Positions 1-12,800 of a DNA stretch of 64,000 bases are shown in pieces; the first letter of the stretch is position 1; every line of letters starts with the position of its first letter. The stretch is taken from contig CM052818.1 in NCBI GenBank assembly GCA_028534125.1, positions 33,854,001 through 33,918,000 of the forward strand, given 5' to 3'. Made by a program: the position numbers and the translations under genes. The notes below the pieces were generated by a model. That model saw only the letters and a list, made by a program, of their open reading frames with translations. It did no database searches and had not been told where the DNA came from. Source of the DNA: Lama glama. Lineage: Eukaryota.

Positions 1-1269
1 ATACTTTATGCCTCTCCAGCCCCTCTTGCTGTGGAACCTCAGGGTGTTTTGAGGAGGGGTAATCAAAATTCCACAGTTGATGTTCCCTTCTCTTCCTTCT
101 CCATAATTTGGAGGGACCCTCAAGCTGGTTGAGGTATATATTTTGGGGGTTAACAGGTAGGTTGTGGGAGGGTGCCTGAGAAATACATATGGAAAGGCTC
201 TAAGATTTTGGTGGCTAATGAGAAGTCCAATTTGAAAACAGTTTTAGTTGATGTAGTAAAGGGACTAGGGTACTTTTAGTTTTTGATTATGAGGTTCTAT
301 GGAAGTGCTTCCTATGAGGAGTTAGGATTTTTTTCTATAAAGGTTTCTTTTTTTTGTATATTTGTCCCTTTTTAAAGGCAGCATCAATACCTAGAGTAAT
401 TTTGAGTAGGCTAGCTGTTTATTGCCATATAGAAGCTTGCTTATGAATGGTCAGAGGGTCATCTAGAATTAAGTATGGATAATGCTGAGCAGAAAGTTCT
501 TAAGATATATGCATGACAGTTTCAATCATTATATTAATAGGGGAAATAGAAAATGAGGTATCACAAACGTGCTGTGGGGTTCCACTTGAGACAGGGCATC
601 CGAGGCTGAAGAGCATGTATTGTCTGATCCTCAGGTTAGTGTCTTATCTCTGTAGCTTAAAGAACTTTTTACTTGCTGAACCAGATCAGAAATCCTTTGT
701 CTAGGATGTAGTTAAGCAACTTTCATAAAAGGATATCATTTGATTAGCATGCAGTATCTATTTTTCACAGTTCAAAGGTAGTATGAAATGATATCAAATG
801 TATGTCCATGAGTATGGAGAAATTGTTTTCTACTGTACTACTCCTTTATAAGTTTTCAAGGAGTTACAATCAGAACTTATTTCTCAAGATTTCAAGAATA
901 TTTTACTTAAATTATTTCCATTGCTCAATCCCCTAGCAGTTGTTAATGCTACTTCTCAACCTCTGACCCTCTGTTGGGTTATCATCTTGGAATTGTACTT
1001 TGGGAAGTAAGGGCTTGAATCTGAGTGTAGAAGTTTAACTTTAATTTATCAGTAGTTCTTGCCATTGTTAGCTGCCATCAAAATTGTGCTGTCTGGAGGC
1101 ACAAATCTTTAGAACTGATCTTAGAGAATCACTGATGTTTAATGACACACTATAAACTGAATACCAATTCCAGTGGAGATGTTTTCTGTTTACCTCTAGA
1201 TCTAGTTGCAAGATGGGTTATTACCAACTTTTAATCGTATATAGTAATTAAAAATGTATATACATATCC

Positions 1270-3440
1270 CTTTGAAAACAACTTTATTGAGATATAATTC
1301 ACATACCATATCCATTTAAAGTGTACATTGTAGTCTTTAACATATTCAGAGTTGTGCAGCCATCACCACTATCAATTTTAGAATATTTTCATCACCCTCA
1401 AAAGAAACCTTGTAACTATTACCAGTCATTCCCTATACCCGCTCCTCTAACCCTGGCTACCACTCATTTACGTTATATCTCTATGGATTTGTCTATTCTG
1501 AACATTTCGTTAAAATATGTCACCTTTTATATCTGACTGCTTTTACTAAGCATAATATTTTTAAGGGTCATCCATGTTGTATCTTGAGTCAATCAGTACC
1601 TCATTCCTTTTTATGGCTAAATAATATTTCATTATCAACCAGTACTTCATACCCTTTTATGGCTGAATCATATTCCATTGTATGCACATTTTGTTTATTC
1701 ATTCATCATCTGATGATGTTTGGATTTCCATATTTTAGCTATTATGAATAATGATATTATGAATATTCATGTTCAAGTCTTTGTGTGGAAAGTTTTTATT
1801 TCTCTTGAGTATATACCTGAGAGTAGAATTGCTGGGTCATTTAGTGACTCCATGTTTAACATTTTGAGGAACTGCCTATTTTCCATAGTGGTTGCAAAGT
1901 GCTAAGTGTTGTTGTTTGTTTGTTTAGTATATTCTGGACATAAGTCCCTTATCAGATGTGATTTTGCAAATATTTTCTCCCATTCTGGGGGCTGCCTTTT
2001 TGCTTTCTTGTTGGTGTCCTTTGAAGCACAAAATTTTTTATTTTGATGAAGTCTAGTTTATCTATTTAGAGTTTTATAGTTTTGGCTTTTACATTTAGGT
2101 CTGTGGTCCATTTTGAGTCAATTTTTGTGTATGGTATAAAGAAAGGATCCAACTTCATTCTTTTGCATCTGGATATCTGGTTGTCCCAGCATCATTTGTT
2201 AAAAAGCCTATTACTTTCCCTCACTGAATTATCTTGGCATCGTTGAAGATCAATTGACCATAAATATGAGAGTTTATTTCTAGACTCTTAAATTCTCTTC
2301 CACTTATCTATGTACCACACTGTCTTGGTTACTATAGCTTTGTGGTTAGTCTTGAAGTTGGGAAGTATGAGTTGTTCAGCTTTGTTCTTTTTCTTGTTCC
2401 TCCTTTTTTGGGTGCCTTGTATTTCCATATGAACTTTAGGATCAGCTTGTCAAATTCCATACAGAAGGCACCTGGGATTTTGATAAGGATCGCACTGAAT
2501 TTGTAGATGAATTGATGAGTATTACAAAGTCTATAGTTTTCTTGTGATGTCTGGTATCATGGTAATACTGGCCTCATAGAATGAGCTGGGAAGTGTTGCC
2601 TCCTCATCTATATTTTGAAAGAGTTTGTGAAGAATTGATACTAATTCTTTAAATATTTGGTAGAACTTACCAGTGATGCCATCTGAGACTGGGCTTTTCT
2701 TTGTAGGAAGTTTGTTTATTTGTGGTAAAATACAGATAACAAAATTTATCATCTTAACCATTTAAAACATACAGTTCAGTAGTGTTAGGTACATTCACAT
2801 TGTTGTGCAACCAGTCTTCAGAACTATTTTCATCTTGCAAAATTGAAACTCTGTACCCATTAAACAACTCCTCCACCCCTCCCCACCCCAGCCCCTGGCA
2901 ACCACCATTCTACTTTCTGTCTCTATGAATTTGACTACGGTGGGTACCTCATATAAAGATAGATTTGTCTTTGTGATTGGCTTTTTTCACTTAGCATAAC
3001 GTCCTTAAGGTTCATCCATGTTGTAGCGTGTGTCAGAATTTCCTTTCTTTTTAAGGCTGAATAATATTTCATTGTATGTATATACCACATTTTGTTTACC
3101 CATTCATCTTTTTTTTAACATTTTTTATTGATTTATAATCATTTTACAATGTTGTGTCAAATTCCAGTGTATAGCACAATTTTTCAGTTATACATGAATA
3201 TATATATATTCATTGTCACATGTTTTTCTCTGTGAGCTACCATGAGATCTTGTGTATATTTCCCTGTGCTATACAGTATAATCTTGTTTATCTATTCTAC
3301 AATTTTGAGATCCCATCTGTCCCTTCCCACCCTGTTTACCCATTCATCTGTTGATGAACACTTGGGTTGTTTCTACTTTTTGGCTATTGTAAATAGAGCT
3401 GTTACGAATGTGGATGTATAAATATCTCTTTGAAACCCTG
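1270..3440 (-). mobile_element. Nested L1 (L1M-type) fragments, including an ORF2 remnant
   Basis: Antisense L1 3'-end signatures (ttattgagatataattcacatacca...). ORF 2531-2761(-) [22 protein letters not shown]...[14 protein letters not shown] resembles L1 ORF2. Confidence 0.85.
3110..3332 (-). mobile_element. Younger 5'-truncated L1 3' end with a 17-bp TSD
   Basis: TGTTTACCCATTCATCT occurs at 3093-3109 and 3333-3349; T-rich tail on the left side. Confidence 0.8.
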
Positions 3441-3444
3441 CTGG

Positions 3445-3695
3445 GAGGTTGAAGATCAGGGAGTCTGGAGGGGGCCCACTTCCTGGTGCATAGATGGCTG
3501 TGTTGATCTAGCTGTGTCCTCACAAGGCAAAGGAGTAATCTGGGGTCTCTTACAGTGGCACTAATCTCATTCATGAAGGCTCCTCCCTCATGACCTAATT
3601 ACCTCCCAAAGGCCCCACCTCCAAATACCTTCACATAGGGGATTAAGTTTCAACATGAGTTTTAGGTGGACACAAAATAATTCAGTCTGTAGTAG
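3445..3695. mobile_element. MaLR LTR fragment (MLT1A/MST-like)
   Basis: ...ctcatgacctaattacctcccaaaggccccacctccaaatac...tttcaacatgagttt..., typical of MLT1A-type LTRs. Confidence 0.75.
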
Positions 3696-4129
3696 AGTGG
3701 TAATACATGCATATAAATTTAAAGTCAGCTAGTATTACTTGACTTTTTAAAACTAAAAATGTAGCTCCTTTGCCAACCACCTTCAAAGTTTTTGGTCTTG
3801 AATTGTAAAGACTTAGATAAATTTATGTATCATAAGTCTAAATGGTTGACCAGTGACATAGGAGCCTTTGTGGATGTATTTATAACCTTAGGAGACTGAC
3901 ATCAGAAAGGATAACCAAGCCTTTATTAATATGGACCCATTGGTTGTCTAGAAGATCAGAAGAAACTGTGTGATACACAATTTAGTAAGGCAAGACCTAG
4001 GAACCCTGATTCAGGTGACCTATGTACTCTGCATCATCTCTTCCAGACCATCTCAATAGTTGTATTATGGTACATGTCTAGGTTTAGGATAGTAAATGAA
4101 GGAGGAGTTATCCCTAAGATACTTGTTCT

Positions 4130-5500
4130 GAGGCAGCTGGGAACTCACCACCATAAGCAAATGTGGAAGCCCTGCTATGTTACAGAACATAGTGTTAGGC
4201 CCCAGAGCTGTAAAGAAATTTGAGACAGTCTGTCTTCATACTGTTTTAGACTTGGGACTCCCCTTTCCCCTATGGGATGTTGGATTACAATACAAGATAG
4301 CATATGCTGAGGGCCAAGTTATTGGTAGAGGCAATAAATATTAAAAGAGTTTAGAGTGGGGAATGATCACAGTATTAGTATGATTAAGAAAGATCTCTTG
4401 GAGGTGGTGAAACCTTAAGGAAATAATATAAATAAATGGGGAGGAGGAGAGTGGGAGAAGAAAAAAAATATTAGAAGAAAAGCGGGTAAGATTGAGGCAG
4501 GCACACTTACAACTTTGCTGGGGTAGGGTGGTCAGTGTCAGTGGAGTAGTGTCTTTCAGGGAGTGGTATCAGGTAAAGAGATCAGGTTATAGAGATGGGT
4601 AGGAATGTTGATTGAGTGCCTTAAATTGCCAATAAGTTGTATGGAATTAATCTAACAGTAGCAGTAGAATCCATTGAAGGGCCTAGCAATAAGATACTAT
4701 GTTAGGGAGATTAATCTGACAGGTAGATGTAGGTTAGATTATAGAGGGCAAAGAGTAGAGACAGGAGAGGAGTTAAAATCTTATTTAGAGTAAAGTAGTC
4801 CAGGATCATAGTTATGAGGGAAAACTCAGCAGGACTCAGTGATGGGTGATGGAAGACAGCCCAGAAACAAGGAGGACTGGTATTAGGTGTTGCCTGGGAG
4901 AGTTAAGATTCCATCGACAGAAATAAAACCTGTAGGGGAAGCTCTGATTTTTTTGGAGACAGCTGAGTTCCTGTTTATATATGTTAAGTTTGAGGTGGAG
5001 AAGGGACATCCTGTAGAAATAGGCATTTGGAGGTATAAAACTGCAGTTCTTCACAGAACCCAAGAGAACTTTCAAGAAAGCTGACATGATTGGTGCTGTT
5101 TAGTACCAATTTATACAACGGTTGGGGAGAGTGAAGCCTGCAAAATGGCTGTTTGGATTGTTGTTATGATTATTGCCTGCTCTGTGAAGTGTGATCTTGG
5201 AGGAAAAGTGTTTGAGATTAGGAGTTTAGAGGAAATGTTAATCTGGGAAGAGAGGAGAAATACTACTTTTGAGGCAGAAGTGAAGGAGAGGTTAGATAAA
5301 GCTATGGAGAAATTTTGAGTTAGAATAGGGAAGATGAGGTAGATCTTAAAATATGACCTTGATCTAAGTAAAGTAGGAGGTTAGATTAGCTCACCTGAGT
5401 GAAAGAATAATAGCTTTGAGAACTTGAATAGTGTGGGAAAAGTTGTGACTGGTTGTGGCTAATATATTTAAGAGTCAATGCAGAATAGAGAAAAAAATGC
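4130..5500 (-). mobile_element. Degenerate L2 fragments
   Basis: Purine-rich antisense L2-like text (gttaagtttgaggtggagaagggacatcctgtaga...). Boundaries are approximate. Confidence 0.5.
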
Positions 5501-7614
5501 TAAATGGAAGTAGTGACTACAGTCAACATGATTTCATGACATTTTATGTCTAGTAATACTTAGTAGCTCTGATTCAAGGGTAAAGAAAGCAATTGGTCAG
5601 GTTATACAAGGTTGGATGAGTTTTTCTTTCTAGATTGCTGAGAGACAGTGTTAAAATACTTAGCTCTGGCTCAGAAAGGGACAGAAAGATAGACAAGGGT
5701 AAAGGTAGGGAGGCTATGATCGAAGATATAAGAGGGAAATTGAAGTACTTGAAAAGGTAGAGCAGTTCCAGTGATACAGATCCAAAGCCTCACCAAGAGG
5801 TGGAAGAAAAATGTAATGTGGAGTAGTTCTGGGAACTGAGACTTCAAGGCATAAGGTGAATCTTTATTCTGGGCATTCCTCTTTGAGAAAAAGGAGAGAG
5901 AAGGAAAATGTGAACCAGTGCTTAATTTCAGAGCAGAATATATATACTTATATAACATTCCAGTTTACAAAGAAGTTTTACATTTTACATCATCCTTTCA
6001 ACAGTCCTGTGATGATGTTAGTAATGTAGCTACTCTTATTCTGTATATTAGAGGGTAAAACAGAGGCAAACCAAGAGATAGCTGACCAGAGATCACACAG
6101 TGTATGGTAGTTTGGCAATGTAAGGATAATTCATAGGTTTGTTGTGTTGTGGTCACTATTCAAAATGGAACAATACAGCTAACTGTACAAACATAAAAAT
6201 CTTGAAAAGTAGGAAATAATTATTACCCAAATCTCACCCTCCACTAAATTTGATATGTGATTTTCTAGACTTCTAACATATACATACAGATTTTTTTATT
6301 TTTTGCTTTTTATCACTTAATGTGAATTCATTTCCAAATGAACCCATATTCATCATTTCTAACAGCTGTGTATTCCATTGGAGAGATGTACTGTCTGTAA
6401 TCCAATCTATCCATGGAAATTTAGATGGTTATAATTGTTTTTTATTATAAATAAGGCTGTAATGGACATTCTTTTTTCTTTTTTTTTGTAATGAACAGTC
6501 TTTCATATCTTTGTATCCTTGTGCTATTACTCTCATTAAATAAACTTTTTAGAAGTCAAATTACTAGATTAAAAGATATACACATTTGAAATTTTGATAC
6601 ATACTACCAAGTTGTCCTCTGGGAAACTACTAATTTATATTCCTGTTCATCAAAATGTGAGAATGTTTTTATTTTCACTCTTATTACTACTGGGTATTGT
6701 TAATCTTTTTCATCATTCTAATTTACACAAAAGGATAATTCCTTGTTTTTTTATGTTCATTTCTTTGATTACTATTGAGGTTAAATATTTTTTCATATAT
6801 TCACTAAGGCTAGATCTTCTGTTTCAAAATCACATGGTCTTGTGAGGAATAGATGAGAAAGTCAAAAAGTTTTTTGAATAGAGGTGTAGGTTCAAAAGAA
6901 ATGGTACAGCTGTGGTTTAGAATGGCATTGCAGGGCAAAGAAAGACCAGTTGATTCTCTTGTTCCACTGGGAAGTAGTCAACAGGAAGGCTCCTCCTCTC
7001 TCCTTTACCAAAAAGGTAGAATTAGTTGGACCAGCATCTCAAATTTTGGTGTATATTGAGTCTTTTAAAAAATATTTAAGTTACATTTGAAAAAGCTAAG
7101 CATTCCCATGGGTGTCCAGCTCCGATCCGTCTGTCTGTATCCTCATGCCCTCCCACAGTTTACTGCTTTTATTACTTTTCTGTGTATCCTTGTATCTATT
7201 CCAGTGCTCTCTCTTACACGAAAAGCAGCTTACTAAATATATTATTCGGTACTTTGCTTGCTTTATTTAACAAAATATCTTGGAAATCTTCCTTTTTTTT
7301 TTTTTAAGGAAGGCAGTATTTGTGGAACTCCAATATTCACTAAAATGATTTTAATTTAATGTTACTTAAATGAAGGCAAACATAGGACTGAACATAAATT
7401 CCATGCCAACAAATCAAACTGCAAAATCAACAGAATTAAAATCAACATTAATGTGACACGACTGTTTTGCTGAAACTAATTAGGTACTCACAGCATGACC
7501 TAGGTAGTGACTGCTAAGACAGTTTCTTACGGGTTTGGCATGCCTGTACTGAGCTGTGTCCTATGCCGATTCCCCAACTGCTTTTCTGTCATCCAGCTCA
7601 GTCCTCCTCACTTC

Positions 7615-7840
7615 GTTCTACTTTTTCTTTATTCCACAGCACTACCATTTTTCTATGTGAATTATACCATCATTCTGTATGATTTACCTATTTATTGTGT
7701 TTATTGTCTACATCCCTCACTAGAATGTTTTTTATGAAGCACATGTCTCTATTTTGTTCACTGATATATCCTGAGCACCCAGAACAAATACCAGCATATA
7801 ATGGACTCTCAAATATTTGATGAATGAGTAAATGAACAGA
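7615..7840 (+). mobile_element. L2 3' end
   Basis: ...ctagaatg...ttgttcactgatatatcc...ctctcaaatatttgatgaatgagtaaatgaa. Confidence 0.7.
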
Positions 7841-8171
7841 TGAATTCTTAGACACATTCAAGTCTGAGACCCACTGGTAGAGGATGCTGGGGCAAAGGAT
7901 GATCATAAAAGAAAAGAAGGTGCTAAGATGTTGGTGAGAGGAAAGGAAGGCACAGTAAGAGGGAAGGGATGTCAGCATGGCTGGTTGTGGAGTGGTTGGA
8001 AAAAGGAGAAAGGGAGATGACCTTTGGTATGTGGTGCTCTCTAGATCCTGAGGATGAGGCTAAGAGGTAGTTGGTGATGACGGTCTTAGGCCATCAAGGG
8101 CCTTCTGTGGAAGCTTATTAGCTTTTGGGGGCACTTTCTCCTTGAGACAGAGGGAGATACAAAGATAGCTT

Positions 8172-8521
8172 TTTTTTTTTTTTTAAGAATTCCAATGTGC
8201 TATCCATTGTGCTATGGAGCCACCTTTTTTTTTTTTTAACTAGAGGTTAGGACTTTTTTTTTCCGCGTGCGCTAGAGCTTGCCTATTTATTTGCATTCTT
8301 TTATTGAAGTATAGTCAAGGAAGTAATGTGTCAATTTCTGGTATACAGCATAATGTTTTAGTCATACATATACAGATATTTGTTTTCATATTTTTATTAT
8401 AGGTTGCTACAAGATATTGACTATTGTTCCTTGTGCTATATAGTAGAAACTTGTTGTTTATCTATTTTGTATATAGTAGTATCTGCAGATTTCAACTCCC
8501 AGCTTATCCCTTCCCACCCCT
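8172..8521 (-). mobile_element. L1 3' end (about 8298-8521) with a composite tail
   Basis: ttttattgaagtatagtc...tatcccttcccacccc. Candidate TSD CAAAG(A/G)TAGCTT at 8160-8171 and 8522-8533. Confidence 0.7.
8185..8221 (-). pseudogene. Retroposed 5' half of tRNA-Arg(TCT)
   Basis: Minus strand reads GGCTCCATAGCACAATGGATAGCACATTGGAATTCTT. The recalled tRNA-Arg-TCT 5' exon is GGCTCCGTGGCGCAATGGATAGCGCATTGGACTTCTA (31/37 identical). TCT lies at positions 34-36. Flanked by T13+AA repeats. Confidence 0.75.
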
Positions 8522-9540
8522 CAAAGGTAGCTTCTTTTAAATGCTCTCCTTCCATACCTTAAAATAACTAAGTTCTTTTCTAGACTTGTATAATGATGGC
8601 ATAGTCTTATTTAGGGACAACAGAACTATTGCACTCAAATCTCTTATCAATATAATTAGAAAATTTTAAATGCTAATACCTGAAAGACAAAGAAGAACTA
8701 TTAACTTTACATAAGGATACTTAATCAAAGTAAATAGCTAATTATATCTTTTTTGTCTGTAGAGAGTACTTGCAGGTGGGGTAGTTTTCCAAGATGAGGC
8801 AGAGTAAGCTGCGGTACCCTTTTAACTAGGTCTGATGGTCTTGGCTGAACTTTGGTTTAGCCTGGAACATTAGTTTAGGGTGGCAGAGTTTTATTATTAG
8901 AAGAGTTTGATCAAACACAGCCTTCCAAACAAAATGTTGATGTGGCAGGACCATTGCATATTTCTCCTCAGGTGGGCTGTGCCTTCAGAGTTGAATGAAG
9001 TCTCAGTTCTAGGTGGGGGTAGAAGGTGGGAAGGCTGATTACATGGGGCACTGTAAATTCCAGTTAACAAGTACTAAACAGTGTAGTTTAATAACTATTT
9101 GTTGGAAGGATACTTGTTCTCCTGTAAATGTATTCTCCACTTAGCCTAGGGGTAACTTCTTAAGTGAGTTAAACTTTAAGAGAAAATGGGAATTAATTAT
9201 TTAGATGGTGCTTTTTGTTGGGGAGAGGGGGTGTAATTAGTGTATATCTTTTCAAATTTCTAGTGCTTTCACTCAGGCTGTCTTAGGACTCTAGAAACTT
9301 TTCAGGTTGGTGATGCCATCTGTCACTTTTTGCTATCTTCCCTAACATTTTCTTCCTTGAAGTTCACTGATTCATAGAATGGGTCTGGAAGTGACTTTAA
9401 AGATCCTTTATTCTGGTTCTTCCCATAGTTGCCACAAATCCAAAAGGGTCAGGTCTAGAGTTCCAACATCCAAACATTCTGCCATCTGGACTGAGATCTC
9501 CTAGGCTGAGGCTGCTAGACTGCAGAGGTAGTGACCTGAT

Positions 9541-9675
9541 TCATCTCTCTCTCTCTCCCTTCTTCCCTTCCTCCTTTTCCTTTTTTCCCCTCCCTTCCCT
9601 CCCTTGCCCCCCTTCCTTTCTTGTTCCCATGTACTGTTCTCATTTTATCATCCCATCTTCCTTTCTTATTTCTAG
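9541..9675. repeat. CT-rich low-complexity polypyrimidine tract
   Basis: (CT)n followed by CCTT/CCCT-rich sequence. Confidence 0.8.
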
Positions 9676-9802
9676 GCCATGTGGGGCAGCCAGGGAAGGG
9701 TTAGTGAGATTAAGGTATGAAGGTGATCCTTATGACCTGAATGCACAAGGAAGAATATCCTTTGACTCTCAGAAATGCTGATCATGCTCTTCTTTTTCCT
9801 AG

Positions 9803-12800
9803 GATGCTCACAACTGTATTCCTGAGCTGGACAGTGAGACAGCCATGTTTTCTGTCTATGATGGACATGGAGGTAATTTTAGCAGATCATATTGGTAATA
9901 TTTTAGGAACCCCCCTCCCCCCAAATTCCAGGTCCTTTGTTCTTTTATTTTCTAGGGTTCTGGTCCTCAGATATCATTTCCTGCCTGGTGCTGTTTTTCT
10001 CTGTTCTGCCATTCTTTCTTCCCAGTAGGGTATTGTATTAGTAGGCCTTGGTTTAGTCTAAGAAGCTTCTTCCTACATTAGCATTTAACTTTTTTTCGCT
10101 GAAAACTAAGTATACAGGTGAGAAGAGCCAAGGGATGTATTAACATGGCCCCGAGAGATGTGATGGTGAAATCCATTTTCTGAGTCAGAACTTCCCAAAA
10201 CATTGTCTTTCAAATAGGTTTCAGTTGTGCTAAGATACTTATCTCCTCAACCCTTGGAATTCACACTAATATGGTATATTGATATTATATCACTTTCTGT
10301 GTGTGAGAAACAGTGCTCTCTGGGTGACCTTACCTTTCTTCTAGGGGAGGAAGTTGCCTTGTACTGTGCCAAATATCTTCCTGATATCATCAAAGATCAG
10401 AAGGCCTACAAAGAAGGCAAGCTACAGAAGGTCTGTCTTCCCACACTGTTCATTCTCCACTTCTCTAGACTTTCCCTTGTTTTCCAGTCCTTGGCTTTTC
10501 CTTTTTCATTGCCACCTAGCTTCTCCTTACTGTACTTCCTCTTAAAGAATTCTGTGCCTAAAATGAGTTACTCCCACCTGGGCCTTTTTAGAACTGCCTT
10601 ATTGATTCCCAAGTCTCTGAGCTGTTTTTTATGAGTGTTTCATAGTGTGGCAGATCATTCTCTAATTTGCATCCCATCCTTGTGCTCAGGATTGTATTTA
10701 AGCAATTGATTTTGTACTCCTATGTAATTTTTCCTACACTTGCCTCATATTATTTTGCATATATTCAGGCTTTGGAAGATGCCTTCTTGGCTATCGATGC
10801 CAAACTAACGACTGAGGAAGTCATTAAGGAGCTGGCACAGATTGCAGGACGACCTACTGAGGATGAGGATGAAAAAGAAAAAGTAGCTGATGAGGATGAT
10901 GGTGAGTGTGGTGTCCCTTGTTTGAGAGGAAATCAGCATACTAAAGAACTATAAAGAACTATTCTTTTTTTTTTTTTTTAGTTAAGCTTTTATTGTGGTA
11001 TGGTTTCTGTACAGTAAACTACACGTTTCAAATGTTAAAGAACTATTCTTTAATATATATTGTTTATGTGCCAATACTGAGAGAAGATGGTTTCCTAGGG
11101 ACCTGGGAAGTCCTCATGTACTACACGTGGTTATGAAAAGGAGAGAGAGAGAATTAACCTTTGTTGAGTGCATAGTGTAGTTGTGAACATTTCTGTATAC
11201 ATTATCTTTTGTCTTTGTGATTGATCTTTCTGGTTCCTGTTAATGTTTACGTGATCTTTTTTCAAGACTGGATGTGCCAATAGCCATAGCAGTCAGTCGT
11301 TAAGCCTGGGCCATAGGCCTGGACTAGTACTGTGGACTTCCTGGGTCCTCAGCCAGAGTAGGATTTCCACCTTACCAATTAAAAAAATGAGAAGTGATAG
11401 GGAACATGTAGTAACTAGTGTTCCTTTGACTAAGAAGAGGGGTGAAAGACAAAGACCCAAGGAAGTCTCTGGAGGCTGATATGACTTGAGAAGGAAGCAA
11501 AAGGGTATTCTTCTGAGATTTGATAAATGAGAGGAGGCTTAGGAATGGGAGGTGGTGGGAAGTTGGAACTCAGGTCTCAAGGGCTGTGGAGGTAGTGAGG
11601 GACTGATTCCATGAGGAGTCTGGCATGGGGGCGCTGATTTAGCCTCTTCCCTGCAGTGGACAATGAGGAGGCTGCACTGCTGCATGAAGAGGCTACCATG
11701 ACTATTGAAGAGCTGTTGACACGCTACGGGCAGAACTGTCATAAGGGTGCACCCCACAGCAAATCTGGAGCTGGGACAGGCGAGGAACCAGGTTCTCAGG
11801 GTCTCAACGGAGAGGCAGGACCTGAGGACCCATCTAGGGAAACTTCTTCAGAGGAAAATGGCCCCACAGCCAAGGCTCACATGGGCCTTTCCTCCAACTC
11901 GGAACGTGGGACTGAGGCAGGCCAAGGTGGTGAGCCTGGCACTCCCACTGGTGAGGCCGGGCCTTCCTGCTCTTCAGCCTCTGACAAGCTGCCTCGAGTT
12001 GCTAAGTCCAAGTTCTTTGAGGACAGTGAGGATGAGTCAGATGAGGCAGAGGAGGAAGAGGAAGACAGCGAGGTAAGGACCTGTTACGGGCAGACAGATG
12101 TTGTAGTTGTAGAGAAGGACTTGTTGGGTTGCCCTCTATAGCTTTGTACTCTTTTCTGTCTTTTATTTTGACATCATCCCCCAACTATATTCTAAGCTTT
12201 TCTTGAAGTCATTATCTCCATCAACACAGGTACCATTAGCCCTCTTAACCTCTTCCTTTGTTCATATTATAACAAATAGATCTAGTTCTGGCCTTTCAGA
12301 GTCTGTATCCTAGATAGAAAGCAAGAAGGTGATGGTTGTTACTTTGGATATTTGGGTGTTTCTTTATGTGGGCAGTTTATTTTCGAGTCCTGTTGTCTGG
12401 AAGCTGCTTTTAGCTGACAGCTCTGACTTTTCCTAGGGTTTCCTGCTAGTGAATTGCTGAACCTAGTTCAGGTTGTACCATCCTAGTCCTCTCCTTCCTC
12501 CACATTTTCCCATTATTATCATATATTTGCATCTTTCCGTGGTTTGAGAATCTGTGTTCAGTCAAGGCCTCTTGGTTTTGACTGTGAGTTGGGGGAGGAG
12601 GGGAAAGGGGGTCATCCCGGTCTCAGTAGCCTGGGATCGTCTGGCAGGAATGCAGCGAGGAAGAAGATGGCTACAGCAGTGAAGAGGCAGAGAATGAGGA
12701 AGATGAGGATGACACTGAGGAGGCTGAAGAGGATGAGGAAGAAGAGGAGGAGATGATGGTGCCTGGGATGGAAGGCAAAGAAGAGGTGTGTGGGGAACAG

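Noticed and set aside
1589..1679. ~46-bp imperfect tandem duplication
   Set aside because: Local duplication inside a dead L1; no functional indication.
2531..2761. ORF with recognisable protein similarity
   Set aside because: Decayed L1 ORF2 fragment, not a host gene.
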